A stretch of DNA of 64,000 bases from an uncultured virus (IMG/VR IMGVR_UViG_3300032050_007618) (Duplodnaviria; Heunggongvirae; Uroviricota; Caudoviricetes), in IMG/VR virus record IMGVR_UViG_3300032050_007618; one strand, written 5' to 3'. How positions within the stretch are numbered: the stretch's first letter is position 1; the number at the start of each line of letters is the position of its first letter. A model generated the notes under the pieces. That model searched no databases. It had not been told where the DNA came from and saw only the letters and a program-made list of their open reading frames with translations. Of the stretch, positions 1 through 11,638 are shown in pieces. The translations under genes were made by a program, and so were the position numbers.

Positions 1-2
1 CA

Positions 3-1640
3 CAAGGCGACAAAGGCGCAACTGGTGCACAGGGCGACAAAGGTGCAACAGGATCACAAGGTGCGGTAGGTTCGCAAGGTGCGGTAGGTTCGCAAGGTGC
101 GGTAGGTTCGCAAGGTGCGGTAGGTTCGCAAGGTGCGGTAGGTTCACAAGGTGCAAAAGGTGCAACTGGTGCACAGGGCGACAAAGGTGCAACAGGCGCA
201 CAAGGTGACAAAGGTGCAACAGGCGCACAAGGTGCGGTGGGTGCAACTGGTGCACAAGGTGCGGTGGGTGCAACTGGTGCGCAAGGTGCAACCGGTGTCA
301 GTCCGGGTGGCTCAACTGGGTATTTGGCAAGATTTACTGGTGCTACAACTCTTGGTAACTCTATCATTTATGATAACTTGACTAACGTTGGTATTGGTAC
401 AACTACAAACAGTTATAAACTACACGTTGCAGGTGACATTTATGCCAACGGTGGTTGGTTAAGAGTTAGTGGTACCAACGGTCTATATTTTGAATCATAC
501 GGTGGCGGTTGGTTCATGAATGATAATACTTGGATAAGATCATATAGTAATAAAAATGTATGGACTGATACAGGTATAATAGCCACCAATGGTGGTTTCT
601 CCGCCGGTAGCAGTACAACACCTCCAGTCGGCGGTGCAATGATTGTGGGTAACACCATAATGGGTTCACAATCATCGCCTCTTGGTAAATTGGACGTGGT
701 TAGTACCTCAGCTGGGTCTACAGTAATTAATGCTCGTGGTGTTGCTGGTAATTTGTTTAGTGTGACTGATAGTTTGAGTGGTAGTTTGTTTAGTGTGAAT
801 ACCGCTGCCGGTTTCCCAGTAATGGAAGCATTCTCTGATAGTAGAGTTAACTTGGGTCAATATAACCAAAATGACTTGGTAGTAACGGGTAACAGAGTTG
901 GTATTGGTACCGCTGCTCCTACACACAAACTTCACGTAAGTTCAAGTGGCACTCCTGTTAAATTTGAAGGTCTAACTTCAAGTTCAACTGGTTATTATCT
1001 TACGGTCGATAACACTTCGGGTATTGTTTATAAAACTTCAACCGGCCCTCAAGGCGCACAAGGCGCTGTAGGCGCAACTGGTGCACAAGGTGATAAAGGT
1101 GCAACTGGTGCACAAGGTGATAAAGGTGCAACAGGCGCACAAGGCGATAAAGGTGCAACAGGCTCACAAGGTGCGGTAGGTTCACAAGGTGCAAAAGGTG
1201 CAACAGGTTCACAAGGTGCGGGTGGAACCAATGGTGTTTCAGGCGCACAAGGTGCAAAAGGTTCAACTGGCGCACAAGGCGCAAGTGGTACATCTGGAAG
1301 AACAGATGGTTTACAAACAAGTAACGGTGCTGCAACTGGTGCAATGACAGTTGATTTAAGTCAACAGATTACACAGTGGACTTTGAGTGGTAACGTAACA
1401 AGTATTGCTCATAGTAATGCAAAAGCTTCTGGTACTGTGAACAACTGGATATTAGCAGTGAACAGTACGTCAAGTACGATTACATGGCCATCTACATATA
1501 AATGGCCAGGCGGTGTTGCACCTACAATAACAAGTACTGCAAGTAGACGTGATCTATTTCAGTTTATTAGTTATGATGGCGCAAGTACATCAACTGGCAC
1601 AGTACATGCGATGGTCATTGCACAAAATATCACACCATAA
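3..1640 (+). CDS. Collagen-like tail/capsid fibre protein (5'-truncated)
   Basis: The frame is open from base 3 ([10 protein letters not shown]...), upstream of the track's GTG at 237. It has Gly-X-Y repeats, fibre motifs ([31 protein letters not shown]) and a C-terminal ITWP..KWPGG.AP adaptor-like domain. Confidence 0.85.
   Translation, partial: QGDKGATGAQGDKGATGSQGAVGSQGAVGSQGAVGSQGAVGSQGAVGSQGAKGATGAQGDKGATGAQGDKGATGAQGAVGATGAQGAVGATGAQGATGVSPGGSTGYLARFTGATTLGNSIIYDNLTNVGIGTTTNSYKLHVAGDIYANGGWLRVSGTNGLYFESYGGGWFMNDNTWIRSYSNKNVWTDTGIIATNGGFSAGSSTTPPVGGAMIVGNTIMGSQSSPLGKLDVVSTSAGSTVINARGVAGNLFSVTDSLSGSLFSVNTAAGFPVMEAFSDSRVNLGQYNQNDLVVTGNRVGIGTAAPTHKLHVSSSGTPVKFEGLTSSSTGYYLTVDNTSGIVYKTSTGPQGAQGAVGATGAQGDKGATGAQGDKGATGAQGDKGATGSQGAVGSQGAKGATGSQGAGGTNGVSGAQGAKGSTGAQGASGTSGRTDGLQTSNGAATGAMTVDLSQQITQWTLSGNVTSIAHSNAKASGTVNNWILAVNSTSSTITWPSTYKWPGGVAPTITSTASRRDLFQFISYDGASTSTGTVHAMVIAQNITP
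60..149 (+). repeat. Five tandem 18-bp repeats (GGTGCGGTAGGTTCGCAA) encoding GAVGSQ
   Basis: Four identical copies plus one copy with a single substitution, read directly. Confidence 0.95.
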
Positions 1641-1645
1641 CAGTT

Positions 1646-2599
1646 ATGATTCCTATTCCGTTACCAAACTGGTATATATATCCTTATCACAGATATCCAC
1701 AAGCGACTGGTTTTAATCGTGGATTACTTGCGTTTGGTGATTTGACTCCACCATATTCTCAATTAAACCGATCACTATCCTTTGCTACATATACGGAAAC
1801 AACACATACAAATATGAGCACCACCGCTCGTATTCAACCAATGCCTTGTGCAAGTCCAACGCATGTATATCAAATGAAAGGATACACCAGTGGTGGATAT
1901 ACATCAACTGTAAATAAACAACAAGCGTTTACAAATACAGAAAGTGTTCCAACAATTACATTTGGAACCGAACGTCGTGGCGGATCCATGCCAATGCCTC
2001 ATTTGAATCGTAACAGAATGTATTATATTGGTGGATACAGTGACAGTTTAGCCACATACACTACTACTATATCATGGGTAACACAAAATACGGAAACTGA
2101 AACAGCGTCGAGTGCTACTTTGCCCGGTGGTCGCCATCTTAGTGCTACTTTATTTAATACTATAGAATCATATAGTGTCGGGGGATATACACCGGGAGGT
2201 GGAACGTCTAGTACCAATTACAGATATACATTTGCAACTGATGCAACTGCAACAATGACGGCTGATACTTATAACTCACAAAATCCATGTGGATTTTCAA
2301 GTAATACCACCGGTTATAGAGTTCAGGGACAGGGACCGTCATATACTCAAAATACAAAATATTCTTTTTCAAGTGGGACTTGGGCAGCGGCCACAAATAG
2401 TCCTGAAAATAATGGAGGCGCATTTGGTACCGGTGCGTTTGTTAACCAATATGAAGGAGCGCTCTGGGGAGGATACAATTCATTTTTCTTAAAACGACTG
2501 GTATATAGGTTGGCGTGGTCAACCGAAACGTATACAAATAGTAGTTATACAACAGCGGATTCAAATAGTGGTTTCATTTATTATCACGGTACTTATTAA
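1646..2599 (+). CDS. Putative fibre-tip adhesin with Kelch-like beta-propeller repeats
   Basis: 317 aa, rich in S/T/G/Y, with repeated YxxGG motifs; directly follows the fibre gene. Confidence 0.5.
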   Translation: MIPIPLPNWYIYPYHRYPQATGFNRGLLAFGDLTPPYSQLNRSLSFATYTETTHTNMSTTARIQPMPCASPTHVYQMKGYTSGGYTSTVNKQQAFTNTESVPTITFGTERRGGSMPMPHLNRNRMYYIGGYSDSLATYTTTISWVTQNTETETASSATLPGGRHLSATLFNTIESYSVGGYTPGGGTSSTNYRYTFATDATATMTADTYNSQNPCGFSSNTTGYRVQGQGPSYTQNTKYSFSSGTWAAATNSPENNGGAFGTGAFVNQYEGALWGGYNSFFLKRLVYRLAWSTETYTNSSYTTADSNSGFIYYHGTY

Positions 2600-2604
2600 A
2601 AGTT

Positions 2605-3216
2605 ATGAACGAGATTATACAACAAAAATACAAAGATTTCAATGATTATTATGATTTGGGATCATTGGATATGTCACAATATACACTTGGAAGAACACGT
2701 TTTCAGTTAGAAAACTTTGTTCTTAGAGAACACGATTGTCCTGAACGCATGTTTCTTCAAGTCATTACTGAACTTAAAGCCTTACGTGACGGTACAATTA
2801 TCGACTGGTTGGAACAACAAAAAATCAAGATAGAGATCAAAAGATTGTTAGCAACCGGAGATGAAATTGATGCTTTAGAAGCTACCAAAAAACACTATAT
2901 TTTATGCACAATGCAAGAAAGTATGAAGAATAGAGAAAGAGAAATACGAATTCTTGCGGATGCATTAAAAAAGTTTCCGAAGATATATACCATTGAAGAT
3001 ATTGAAGCGGCTGAATCAGTCTATTGGGACAAACGTCTTACCAGACAAATGGCGGAAGACATGGTTAGTGCCCAAACTGGTATAAATCAAGGCAATATAC
3101 GTGCGGCAATAGAGGCCAATACAAGTGTTGAACAATACCTCTCGGGGTTCAAAGAACATTTATTGAAGCAGTTTAACCCTCAAGAAATGAATCCGAACAA
3201 TCTTTTAAACAAGTAA
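2605..3216 (+). CDS. Hypothetical coiled-coil protein of the fibre module
   Basis: 203-aa helical ORF packed tightly in the operon. Confidence 0.6.
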   Translation: MNEIIQQKYKDFNDYYDLGSLDMSQYTLGRTRFQLENFVLREHDCPERMFLQVITELKALRDGTIIDWLEQQKIKIEIKRLLATGDEIDALEATKKHYILCTMQESMKNREREIRILADALKKFPKIYTIEDIEAAESVYWDKRLTRQMAEDMVSAQTGINQGNIRAAIEANTSVEQYLSGFKEHLLKQFNPQEMNPNNLLNK

Positions 3217-3222
3217 ACCACT

Positions 3223-3768
3223 ATGGACAAACTTTACGTATTAGTATATTCTGGTAGCATAATTGCGTCAAATCCAGCGCCGTTACCAAATGTTTATAAC
3301 AATATTTCAAACTTTTCAAATCTTGGCGTTACTCAGCCAGAATTGTTGGTGGACCTTGCATGGAGTGGAAATTCATATCAAGGATTCTATGAAACTAAAA
3401 TTAATACGATGCCTACATGTAGCATATATTACGACATAGTTTCTGATTTTACCATTAATTCAACCAATTATAGTGTAACTCAAAGTTTTTCTACATCACC
3501 TGTTTCACAACAAGTTACAGACGGAAGAAACGAAGGATTGTGGAATCAAATACGTGAAATACGTACAAGATATCTTAAAAACACCGATTGGACTCAATTG
3601 CCAGATGTTAACTTGTCAACAGAAAAAGTACAAGAATATGTGGTTTTTAGACAACAATTACGATCAATAACAGATGACTATAGTGATCCATCACAAGTTA
3701 TTTGGCCAACTATACCAACCTCAAGCTCATTGGATCCATTTCCAGAACTACCTCGGTATTACTGTTAA
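3223..3768 (+). CDS. Tail fibre assembly chaperone
   Basis: C-terminal WNQIREIRTRYLKNTDWTQLPDV...RQQLRSIT...VIWP matches the phage tail assembly chaperone motif. Confidence 0.8.
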   Translation: MDKLYVLVYSGSIIASNPAPLPNVYNNISNFSNLGVTQPELLVDLAWSGNSYQGFYETKINTMPTCSIYYDIVSDFTINSTNYSVTQSFSTSPVSQQVTDGRNEGLWNQIREIRTRYLKNTDWTQLPDVNLSTEKVQEYVVFRQQLRSITDDYSDPSQVIWPTIPTSSSLDPFPELPRYYC

Positions 3769-3807
3769 TATAATAAAAATTTGTAAATCGGTGTTATATA
3801 TATTTGT

Positions 3808-4050
3808 ATGGAAATTACGTTATCTAACCTATCTTTGATCGAATTAAAGGCTCATGCCTATGATGAAATTCAAAAGATCGAAGTGGCGCAAAATACTCTC
3901 AAAAAGATAATTGAAACGTCACAAAATAATTTAAGACTGTTAAATTCTGAAATTATGAATAGATCCAACGTACCTCCCACTCCACCCGAACCGGTGAAGG
4001 AAGAGTCAATTCCACCAGTTTCAACCAAAAAATTACCAAAATTTCCTTAA
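3808..4050 (+). CDS. Hypothetical small coiled-coil protein
   Basis: 80-aa ORF after an AT-rich spacer. Confidence 0.6.
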   Translation: MEITLSNLSLIELKAHAYDEIQKIEVAQNTLKKIIETSQNNLRLLNSEIMNRSNVPPTPPEPVKEESIPPVSTKKLPKFP

Positions 4051-4055
4051 ACGTT

Positions 4056-4331
4056 ATGCCAGATACACTCAAGTTTACCGATGACGAAATCAACGAAATT
4101 CGTTTTTTACAAAACAAATTTCAAGACAAACTTATTAAGTTTGGTCAAATTCAATTGGAAATAATCGAATTGGAAGACCGGTTAACCGCTCTCAAAAATG
4201 AACAGTTAAGACTAAAAAATGACTATTTGTCACTTCAAAAGACAGAACAAGAGTTGATGGATAAGTTAACTAACAAATACGGAGAAGGTTCCTTAAACTT
4301 AAAAGAAGGAACTTTCACGCCATCAAAGTAA
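4056..4331 (+). CDS. Hypothetical coiled-coil protein
   Basis: 91 aa with a heptad pattern, ending LTNKYGEGSLNLKEGTF. Confidence 0.65.
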   Translation: MPDTLKFTDDEINEIRFLQNKFQDKLIKFGQIQLEIIELEDRLTALKNEQLRLKNDYLSLQKTEQELMDKLTNKYGEGSLNLKEGTFTPSK

Positions 4332-4367
4332 TACAAGTTTTATTCTTATTTACGTCACGATTGGTAA

Positions 4368-4375
4368 TATTTATA
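4368..4375 (+). promoter_or_regulatory. TATTTATA putative late promoter
   Basis: The same motif recurs upstream of about ten genes (see findings). Confidence 0.6.
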
Positions 4376-4398
4376 AGTCAATTGTATACTTATAAAAT

Positions 4399-5040
4399 AT
4401 GCCAACATACGATCCATCACCGAACGCAGTATTATTGAAACAGTTTCGTACTGGTTCCAATAATTATTTCGAAGAATCATATATATCCGGATCATCTGTA
4501 TTAATTCATACCGACATCACCGGTAGCGTAACCGGTTCAAATTTTACTCTCGCTGCCGATACCAATACATCATATCAACATGTGTTGTATCAAAATTCTA
4601 CATTTAAACTTGCAGCATCTGGAAGCATAGTCGGGGGATCAAGTTTAGTATCACGCCAAGAAAATATTTCAGTAGATACTAAAGCAGTAGTTAGCGGATT
4701 TGGTACGCAAAGTGATTTAAATAACGCTACCATCACATTCACCGGCGGTAATACATTGACAGTTAGTAACCTAAATGCATTTAAATTACAACAAATTACC
4801 GTAATTTATAATTCAAACGTTAACTCTACATCACAGTTTAACTTTGTATACCCAGAACCTAACGGACAAACATCAAGTACTTATACACAATACCCAATCG
4901 TAAGTTATTGGAATAATGCCAGTCCATCAGTAATACAATCAAATACCAATTGGAACGTATCCAATAGTTCTGGCATTTTAACCGTACAAAAAACCGGACT
5001 CGTATCTAATACAGCAGCTGTATTTAAAATTATAGTATAA
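4399..5040 (+). CDS. Putative virion structural protein
   Basis: 213 aa, S/T/N-rich and beta-rich; follows a TATTTATA motif in the fibre module. Confidence 0.55.
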   Translation: MPTYDPSPNAVLLKQFRTGSNNYFEESYISGSSVLIHTDITGSVTGSNFTLAADTNTSYQHVLYQNSTFKLAASGSIVGGSSLVSRQENISVDTKAVVSGFGTQSDLNNATITFTGGNTLTVSNLNAFKLQQITVIYNSNVNSTSQFNFVYPEPNGQTSSTYTQYPIVSYWNNASPSVIQSNTNWNVSNSSGILTVQKTGLVSNTAAVFKIIV

Positions 5041-5047
5041 ATTATAT

Positions 5048-8000
5048 ATGTCACACATTTATTTAACTGGAAAAATACTTCTTAACTCAGCAGTTACAAA
5101 TGGCGCACAGTGGGATATAAATTTCAACTTTAGCGACCTGAGTGGCGTATTTACAGGAAACGATGTTTTAATTGGTGATCACATCTATCTTGACGCATCC
5201 GATTATAACCTTTCTACCGGAATCATTAGATATGAAATTACAAACATATCACATCAAACCATATCTAATATAACATGTACTGTCAATTATATAGACGTTC
5301 ATATACCCGAACCAGATTTAACATTTATAACCGGACTGTCACACGTCATTTGTAGACCTACAGACAATCAACAACTTGCACAAGTCGTATCACCCGAAAT
5401 TCAACTAATTTCTGATAAATTTTCTTTTTTTCCATTAAACAAAAATTGGCAATATACCGACGCATCTGGCAGTTTTGGAACAAGTGGCGGCGGAGGCGCT
5501 CAAGGCGCTCAAGGCGCAGCTGGAACAAGCGGAGTTACAGGCGCACAAGGTGCAAAAGGTGCAACAGGCGCACAAGGTGCAAAAGGGGTTGATGCCAGTG
5601 GAACCAGTGGAACCAGTGGGGTTTCAGGCGCACAAGGCGACACAGGCGCACAAGGCGATAAAGGTTTAACAGGCGCACAAGGCGACAAAGGTGCAACAGG
5701 TTCACAAGGCGCAACTGGTACTGTAGGAAGTAGTGGAACCAGCGGACTTTCAATTACAGGCGCACAAGGCGACAAAGGATTGACAGGCGCACAAGGCGAC
5801 ACAGGCGCACAAGGCGACAAAGGCGCACAAGGTGATAAAGGATTGACAGGCGCACAAGGCGATAAAGGTTTAACAGGCGCACAAGGTGATAAAGGATTGA
5901 CAGGCGCACAAGGCGACACAGGCGCACAAGGTGCAAAAGGTGCAACAGGTTCACAAGGCGCAACTGGTACTGTAGGAAGCAGTGGAACCAGCGGACTTTC
6001 AATTACAGGCGCACAAGGCGACAAAGGCGCACAGGGTGATAAAGGTTTAACAGGCGCACAAGGCGATAAAGGATTGACAGGCGCTCAAGGCGACACAGGC
6101 GCACAAGGCGATAAAGGTTTAACAGGCGCACAAGGTGCAAAAGGGGTTGATGCCAGTGGAACCAGTGGAACCAGTGGGGTTTCAGGCGCACAAGGCGACA
6201 AAGGCGCACAAGGTGATAAAGGATTGACAGGCGCTCAAGGCGACAAAGGTGCAACAGGTTCACAAGGTGCAACTGGTGATGTAGGAAGCAGTGGAACCAG
6301 CGGACTTTCAATTACAGGCGCACAAGGCGACAAAGGTTTAACAGGCGCACAAGGCGACAAAGGTTTAACAGGCGCACAGGGTGATAAAGGTTTAACAGGC
6401 GCACAGGGTGATAAAGGTTTAACAGGCGCACAAGGCGACAAAGGTTTAACAGGCGCACAGGGTGATAAAGGTTTAACAGGCGCACAGGGTGATAAAGGTT
6501 TAACAGGCGCACAAGGCGCTGCCGGAACAAGTGGCGTTTCAGTTACAGTTCCCGGTGCAAATAATCAAGTTTTAACATCAGACGGATCTGGTGGAATTGT
6601 AGCTGAGGTTAATTTAACTTTTGATGGTACAAATTTAAGTAGTCCATATATCGTTTCTTCAAACTCAACGTTTGATGAGGGAGGTGAAATTTTATTAACT
6701 AAACCTTCTACTAATGCGTCTTATTCTGGCTCTGGAATAGTAATTGATGCATTTCAAAATAAAATAAGAATTTTTGAACAAGCTGGTTCTACTAGAGGAG
6801 CTTACATTGATATAACTGCATGTGCGGGAAATGTAGGTACAAATTTGTTATCACCATCAACCGGCGCACAAGGCGATAAAGGTTTGACAGGCGCACAAGG
6901 CGATAAAGGTTTGACAGGCGCACAAGGCGATAAAGGCTTGACAGGCGCTCAAGGTGACAAAGGATTGACAGGCTCACAAGGCGATAAAGGCGCAACGGGT
7001 TCACAAGGTGATAAAGGCGCAACAGGTTCACAAGGTGATAAAGGCGCAACAGGTTCACAAGGTGATAAAGGTGCACAAGGTGCTGCTGGAACTGGTGGGG
7101 TTTCAGGCGCACAAGGTGACAAAGGCGCAACTGGTTCTCAAGGTGACAAAGGCGCAACTGGTGTTCAAGGTGATAAAGGCGCAACTGGTGCTCAAGGTGA
7201 TAAAGGCGCAACAGGTTCACAAGGCGATAAAGGTGCAACAGGCGCACAAGGCGATAAAGGTGCACAAGGTACGGTAGGTTCACAAGGCGCAACTGGTGCT
7301 GTGGGAAGTAGTGGAACCAGCGGACTTTCAATTACAGGCGCACAAGGCGACAAAGGCGCAACTGGTGCACAAGGCGATAAAGGTGCAACAGGCGCACAGG
7401 GTGACAAAGGCGCAACTGGTGCTCAAGGTGACAAAGGCGCAACAGGTTCACAAGGCACAACTGGTGCTGTAGGAAGCAGTGGAACCAGCGGACTTTCAAT
7501 TACAGGCGCACAAGGTGCAAAGGGCGCAACTGGTGCACAAGGCGATAAAGGTGCAACAGGCGCACAGGGTGACAAAGGCGCACAAGGCGATAAAGGCGCA
7601 ACTGGTGCTCAGGGTGACAAAGGCGCAACAGGTTCACAAGGCACAACTGGTGCTGTAGGAAGCAGTGGAACCAGCGGACTTTCAATTACAGGCGCACAAG
7701 GTGCAAAGGGCGCAACTGGTGCACAAGGCGATAAAGGTGCAACAGGCGCACAAGGCGATAAAGGCGCACAAGGCGATAAAGGCGCACAAGGCGATAAAGG
7801 CGCAACTGGTGCTCAGGGTGACAAAGGTGCAACAGGTTCACAAGGCGACAAAGGTGCAACAGGTTCACAAGGTGACAAAGGCGCAACAGGCGCTCAGGGT
7901 GACAAAGGTGCAACTGGTGCACAAGGCGATAAAGGCTTGACAGGCGCTCAAGGTGACAAAGGTGCAACAGGCGCACAAGGCGATAAAGGTGCAACAGGCG

Positions 8001-9208
8001 CACAGGGTGACAAAGGTGCAACAGGCGCTCAAGGTGACAAAGGTGCAACAGGCGCTCAGGGTGCCAAAGGTGAATCAGTTGGAGTCCCATATAAATTTAA
8101 TACTTCTACTGCAGCAGCAACGCCAGGTGTTGGTTATATATCTTTTAATAATACCACGGTATCTGCTATTACTAAAATTTATATAAGCACTCAGGATATA
8201 AACCTTGTTGTTAGAACAGTATGGATACAACAATGGGACGACAGCACACAATCTGGTAATAGAGGTTATATATATATAAATAACAAGACAACAGGAACAG
8301 ATATAGAGTTTTATGTAAATGGAGCCAATGTTTCTCAAACTGGTTATTTTGAAATATCGGTCGATGATTTAAGAGGTACGTTGCCATCATTAGATGATAT
8401 TTTACATATAACATTTACTAGAAACGGTGACATTGGCGCACAAGGTGCGGCTGGGTCCAGTGGAATTACAGGTGCTCAGGGTGACAAAGGTGCAACTGGT
8501 GCACAAGGCGATAAAGGTGCAACAGGCGCACAGGGTGACAAAGGTGCAACTGGTGCTCAAGGCGATAAAGGTGCAACTGGTGCTCAAGGCGATAAAGGTG
8601 CAACAGGCGCACAAGGCGATAAAGGTGCAACAGGTTCACAAGGCGACAAAGGTGCTGCCGGAACAAGTGGCGTTTCAGGCGCACAAGGCGATAAAGGTGC
8701 AACTGGTGCTCAGGGTGCCAAAGGTGCTCAAGGTGACAAAGGTGCAACAGGCGCTCAAGGTGACAAAGGTGCAACAGGCGCTCAAGGTGACAAAGGTGCA
8801 ACAGGCGCTCAAGGTGACAAAGGTGCAACAGGCGCTCAGGGTGCTGCTGGTGGTGGTGGTACATCGGATCGTCGTTTGAAGAAAAATATTCGACCATTGA
8901 ACAAAGGGTTGAATGAGCTTTTGAAATTGAATCCAGTATCATTTGAGTATAATTCGGTTGGCAACGATAAAAAGTCGGAAGATGTAGTATCTTATGGCAT
9001 TATTGCTCAAGATATATTGAATGAATTTCCCGAACTAGTTACTACATTTGAACAAAAAGCACATCCTAATGATAAGGGTCCACAAAAGTATTACTGGGTT
9101 AATTCTGAAAAACTTCAATGGGTAACTATCAATGCTTTCAAGGAATTGAATGATAGAGTGATTGTTTTGGAAAAACAGGTTAAAGAATTGATGGAAAAAA
9201 TAAAATAA
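5048..9208 (+). CDS. Long collagen-like fibre protein with C-terminal S74-type intramolecular chaperone
   Basis: Three Gly-X-Y tracts ([12 protein letters not shown]) separated by globular domains. C-terminal SDRRLKKNI...GIIAQ...coiled coil is the peptidase S74 autocleavage signature. Confidence 0.9.
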   Translation: MSHIYLTGKILLNSAVTNGAQWDINFNFSDLSGVFTGNDVLIGDHIYLDASDYNLSTGIIRYEITNISHQTISNITCTVNYIDVHIPEPDLTFITGLSHVICRPTDNQQLAQVVSPEIQLISDKFSFFPLNKNWQYTDASGSFGTSGGGGAQGAQGAAGTSGVTGAQGAKGATGAQGAKGVDASGTSGTSGVSGAQGDTGAQGDKGLTGAQGDKGATGSQGATGTVGSSGTSGLSITGAQGDKGLTGAQGDTGAQGDKGAQGDKGLTGAQGDKGLTGAQGDKGLTGAQGDTGAQGAKGATGSQGATGTVGSSGTSGLSITGAQGDKGAQGDKGLTGAQGDKGLTGAQGDTGAQGDKGLTGAQGAKGVDASGTSGTSGVSGAQGDKGAQGDKGLTGAQGDKGATGSQGATGDVGSSGTSGLSITGAQGDKGLTGAQGDKGLTGAQGDKGLTGAQGDKGLTGAQGDKGLTGAQGDKGLTGAQGDKGLTGAQGAAGTSGVSVTVPGANNQVLTSDGSGGIVAEVNLTFDGTNLSSPYIVSSNSTFDEGGEILLTKPSTNASYSGSGIVIDAFQNKIRIFEQAGSTRGAYIDITACAGNVGTNLLSPSTGAQGDKGLTGAQGDKGLTGAQGDKGLTGAQGDKGLTGSQGDKGATGSQGDKGATGSQGDKGATGSQGDKGAQGAAGTGGVSGAQGDKGATGSQGDKGATGVQGDKGATGAQGDKGATGSQGDKGATGAQGDKGAQGTVGSQGATGAVGSSGTSGLSITGAQGDKGATGAQGDKGATGAQGDKGATGAQGDKGATGSQGTTGAVGSSGTSGLSITGAQGAKGATGAQGDKGATGAQGDKGAQGDKGATGAQGDKGATGSQGTTGAVGSSGTSGLSITGAQGAKGATGAQGDKGATGAQGDKGAQGDKGAQGDKGATGAQGDKGATGSQGDKGATGSQGDKGATGAQGDKGATGAQGDKGLTGAQGDKGATGAQGDKGATGAQGDKGATGAQGDKGATGAQGAKGESVGVPYKFNTSTAAATPGVGYISFNNTTVSAITKIYISTQDINLVVRTVWIQQWDDSTQSGNRGYIYINNKTTGTDIEFYVNGANVSQTGYFEISVDDLRGTLPSLDDILHITFTRNGDIGAQGAAGSSGITGAQGDKGATGAQGDKGATGAQGDKGATGAQGDKGATGAQGDKGATGAQGDKGATGSQGDKGAAGTSGVSGAQGDKGATGAQGAKGAQGDKGATGAQGDKGATGAQGDKGATGAQGDKGATGAQGAAGGGGTSDRRLKKNIRPLNKGLNELLKLNPVSFEYNSVGNDKKSEDVVSYGIIAQDILNEFPELVTTFEQKAHPNDKGPQKYYWVNSEKLQWVTINAFKELNDRVIVLEKQVKELMEKIK

Positions 9209-9241
9209 TTGTTCAATTGGTTATATTGATAATTGTATATA

Positions 9242-11638
9242 ATGAGTTATAAAATTCTTTACATTACTCCTCATTTATCTACGGGTGGGTGTCCGCAGTA
9301 TCTTTTAAAGAAATTGCGGTTATTGAATGACATACATGAGTTATATTGTGTGGAATATAACGATTATGGCGAGTGGTTTGTTGTTCAAAAGAACCAAGTA
9401 AGAGAATTATTGAAAGAACGGTATTTTGTTTTGGGGGATAATAAGGAAGAGTTGTTATCGATCATTAACAAAGTACAACCGGACATAATACATTTGGAAG
9501 AAATGCCAGAATATTATATGTCTGATGACATATCGTCCAAGGTTTACACCAATAACAGGTTATACAACATTGTAGAAACGTCACATGACAGTAGTTTCAA
9601 CACTGCGTCTAAGCGTTTTTTCCCGGATCGGTTTGTTTTTGTGAGTAATTTTCAGAAAGAGTTGATGAAACCTTTGGGAATTGAGTCACATGTTGTTGAA
9701 TATCCTATTGTTCATAAGAATAAAGTGAACGATAGAGATAAAGCGTTGATTGCGTTGGGATTAGACCCTAATTTATTGCATGTGGTTAATGTGGGGTTAT
9801 GGTCACCGAGGAAAAATCAAGGTGAAATTGTTGAATATGCTAAGAAGATGATTGATTTGCCTATTCAGTTTCATTTTGTTGGTAATACTGCTGGTAACTT
9901 TGAGTCATACTGGTCACCTATTCTTAAAAATCTGCCATCTAACTGCAAAGTTTGGGGTGAACGTAGTGATGTTGACACGTTTTACAGTTGTATGGATTTG
10001 TTTTTGTTTACGAGTCGTGGAAATGAGAATGATAAGGAGACAAGTCCTATTGTTATACGTGAGGCTATTAGTTACAAGTTACCATCGTTGATATATAACT
10101 TGCCGGTTTATCTAAACATGTATGACAAGTATAGTAACATCAAATATTTGTCAAATGATTTGGATAAAAACGTGGATATTATACGATCATACATTTTAAA
10201 AAAAAACATTATAAGTGATTATTCTTATATTGTTTCCACGTATCCTACAACGTCTGCATCTTTTATTACCACGGTTCAATGTTTGAGATCGTTGACCAAC
10301 GCTCATAGAATTTTGACCACACATCATTCTTCGTATGAGAAGTTCAAGAATATTGCCGATACGGTGGTATATGATGAGGCAAATCCTATTATTAAGCACA
10401 CGTATTATTGTAATGCTTGGTGGGATACTGGACGATACCGATGTGATATCAATTTAAAGGCCAATGACAATGATAATTATCATGGATTGGCTGTTTGGAC
10501 CAATTATCAGAATGGAATACGTAAATCAAAAGAATTGGGTTATAAGTACAGTGTGTGTTTGAATTACGATATTGTATTGAATGATAAAGATTTGGTGGTG
10601 GTGGAAGATATTGTTAATCAATTGCGTACATCAACATCCAAGGGGTATTTTATTCATGAGGTATTGGGTGAAGGTGATACTTTAAAGACGGTATTTTTTG
10701 TTATTGACAATGATTATTTTATTGAAAAATTTGAAAGTGTATATAGTGAATCTGATTATAACGCAAGTATTGTTAAACACAACTCTCCATCAAATAGTTT
10801 GGAGAATTACACGTATCATGTGTTAAAGAACAACTTGAGTGATTTAATTATTACAAAAAAGAATGAGAGTGAATTGTTTCCGTATAGTTCATTGAATGCT
10901 TTTTCGTGTGTTGAGTATTTCACGGTGGTTCCTAATGAATCTCTTACTCAATTTTATATATGGAAGAGTTCTTCTAACTTGATTGACAACAAAAATGTTA
11001 TTATTCGTGTGTATGAGGACCGTGCGTGTATTTTGAAGATTGGGTATGTTCAGTTATATAATAGGAATTTTTATCATGTTGTTGATGTAAAACCGGGACG
11101 GGTTTATGATGTAACTTTGGAAGAATATAATTCTGATTGTGAATGCATCAATTTGAAAAAGATTACTGTATCTGATATTCGTGATATTGATAAAAACGGA
11201 CGGTTTGTATTGCGTGATGTGTCCATAAAACCTTCTAATAATATTAATCTACATCATATCAATTCAAATGATATCAAATTGGATTATGTTACAGAGTTAT
11301 CGGTGTGGGGGGTTACATATAGAAGTTATTTACATCAGTCTGAACTCGATGTGATTCATCAACTACAAAATTATGATAACGACATCAATGTAATTATCAA
11401 AAACGCTTCATTGAACGTATCTCCCGATCAACTTGTTCAATATATTCGAAAGACACATTCACATATGTTGACAAATAATATTTCGAGTACTTCATTGAAT
11501 CCCAGAAACGGTAAGAACAGTATCGCATATGTTGTGAACAGCAATTGGATTCGTAACTTTAAAACAATAGATTCTATAGACGAATTTCATAGTTATATGA
11601 AGGTGGGTTCTCTACACCATAATTTTAAATCGTTATGA
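9242..11638 (+). CDS. Multidomain glycosyltransferase (GT4/GT-B N-terminus plus additional domains)
   Basis: HLSTGGCPQ, NVGLWSPRKNQ and DLFLFTS...ETSPIVIREA are GT4 motifs. A second domain with LNYDIV may be GT-A-like. ATG at 9242 preferred over TTG at 9233. Confidence 0.8.
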   Translation: MSYKILYITPHLSTGGCPQYLLKKLRLLNDIHELYCVEYNDYGEWFVVQKNQVRELLKERYFVLGDNKEELLSIINKVQPDIIHLEEMPEYYMSDDISSKVYTNNRLYNIVETSHDSSFNTASKRFFPDRFVFVSNFQKELMKPLGIESHVVEYPIVHKNKVNDRDKALIALGLDPNLLHVVNVGLWSPRKNQGEIVEYAKKMIDLPIQFHFVGNTAGNFESYWSPILKNLPSNCKVWGERSDVDTFYSCMDLFLFTSRGNENDKETSPIVIREAISYKLPSLIYNLPVYLNMYDKYSNIKYLSNDLDKNVDIIRSYILKKNIISDYSYIVSTYPTTSASFITTVQCLRSLTNAHRILTTHHSSYEKFKNIADTVVYDEANPIIKHTYYCNAWWDTGRYRCDINLKANDNDNYHGLAVWTNYQNGIRKSKELGYKYSVCLNYDIVLNDKDLVVVEDIVNQLRTSTSKGYFIHEVLGEGDTLKTVFFVIDNDYFIEKFESVYSESDYNASIVKHNSPSNSLENYTYHVLKNNLSDLIITKKNESELFPYSSLNAFSCVEYFTVVPNESLTQFYIWKSSSNLIDNKNVIIRVYEDRACILKIGYVQLYNRNFYHVVDVKPGRVYDVTLEEYNSDCECINLKKITVSDIRDIDKNGRFVLRDVSIKPSNNINLHHINSNDIKLDYVTELSVWGVTYRSYLHQSELDVIHQLQNYDNDINVIIKNASLNVSPDQLVQYIRKTHSHMLTNNISSTSLNPRNGKNSIAYVVNSNWIRNFKTIDSIDEFHSYMKVGSLHHNFKSL

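Noticed and set aside
1..8860. Tandem repeats resembling a CRISPR array or satellite
   Set aside because: The units are multiples of 9 bp, lie in frame with Gly-X-Y coding sequence, and have no unique spacers or cas genes.
5475..8942. Many alternative-frame and antisense ORFs (HKVTKVQ.., PCAPV.., LVRLLHL..)
   Set aside because: These are shadows of the stop-poor collagen repeat codons and have no independent start signals.
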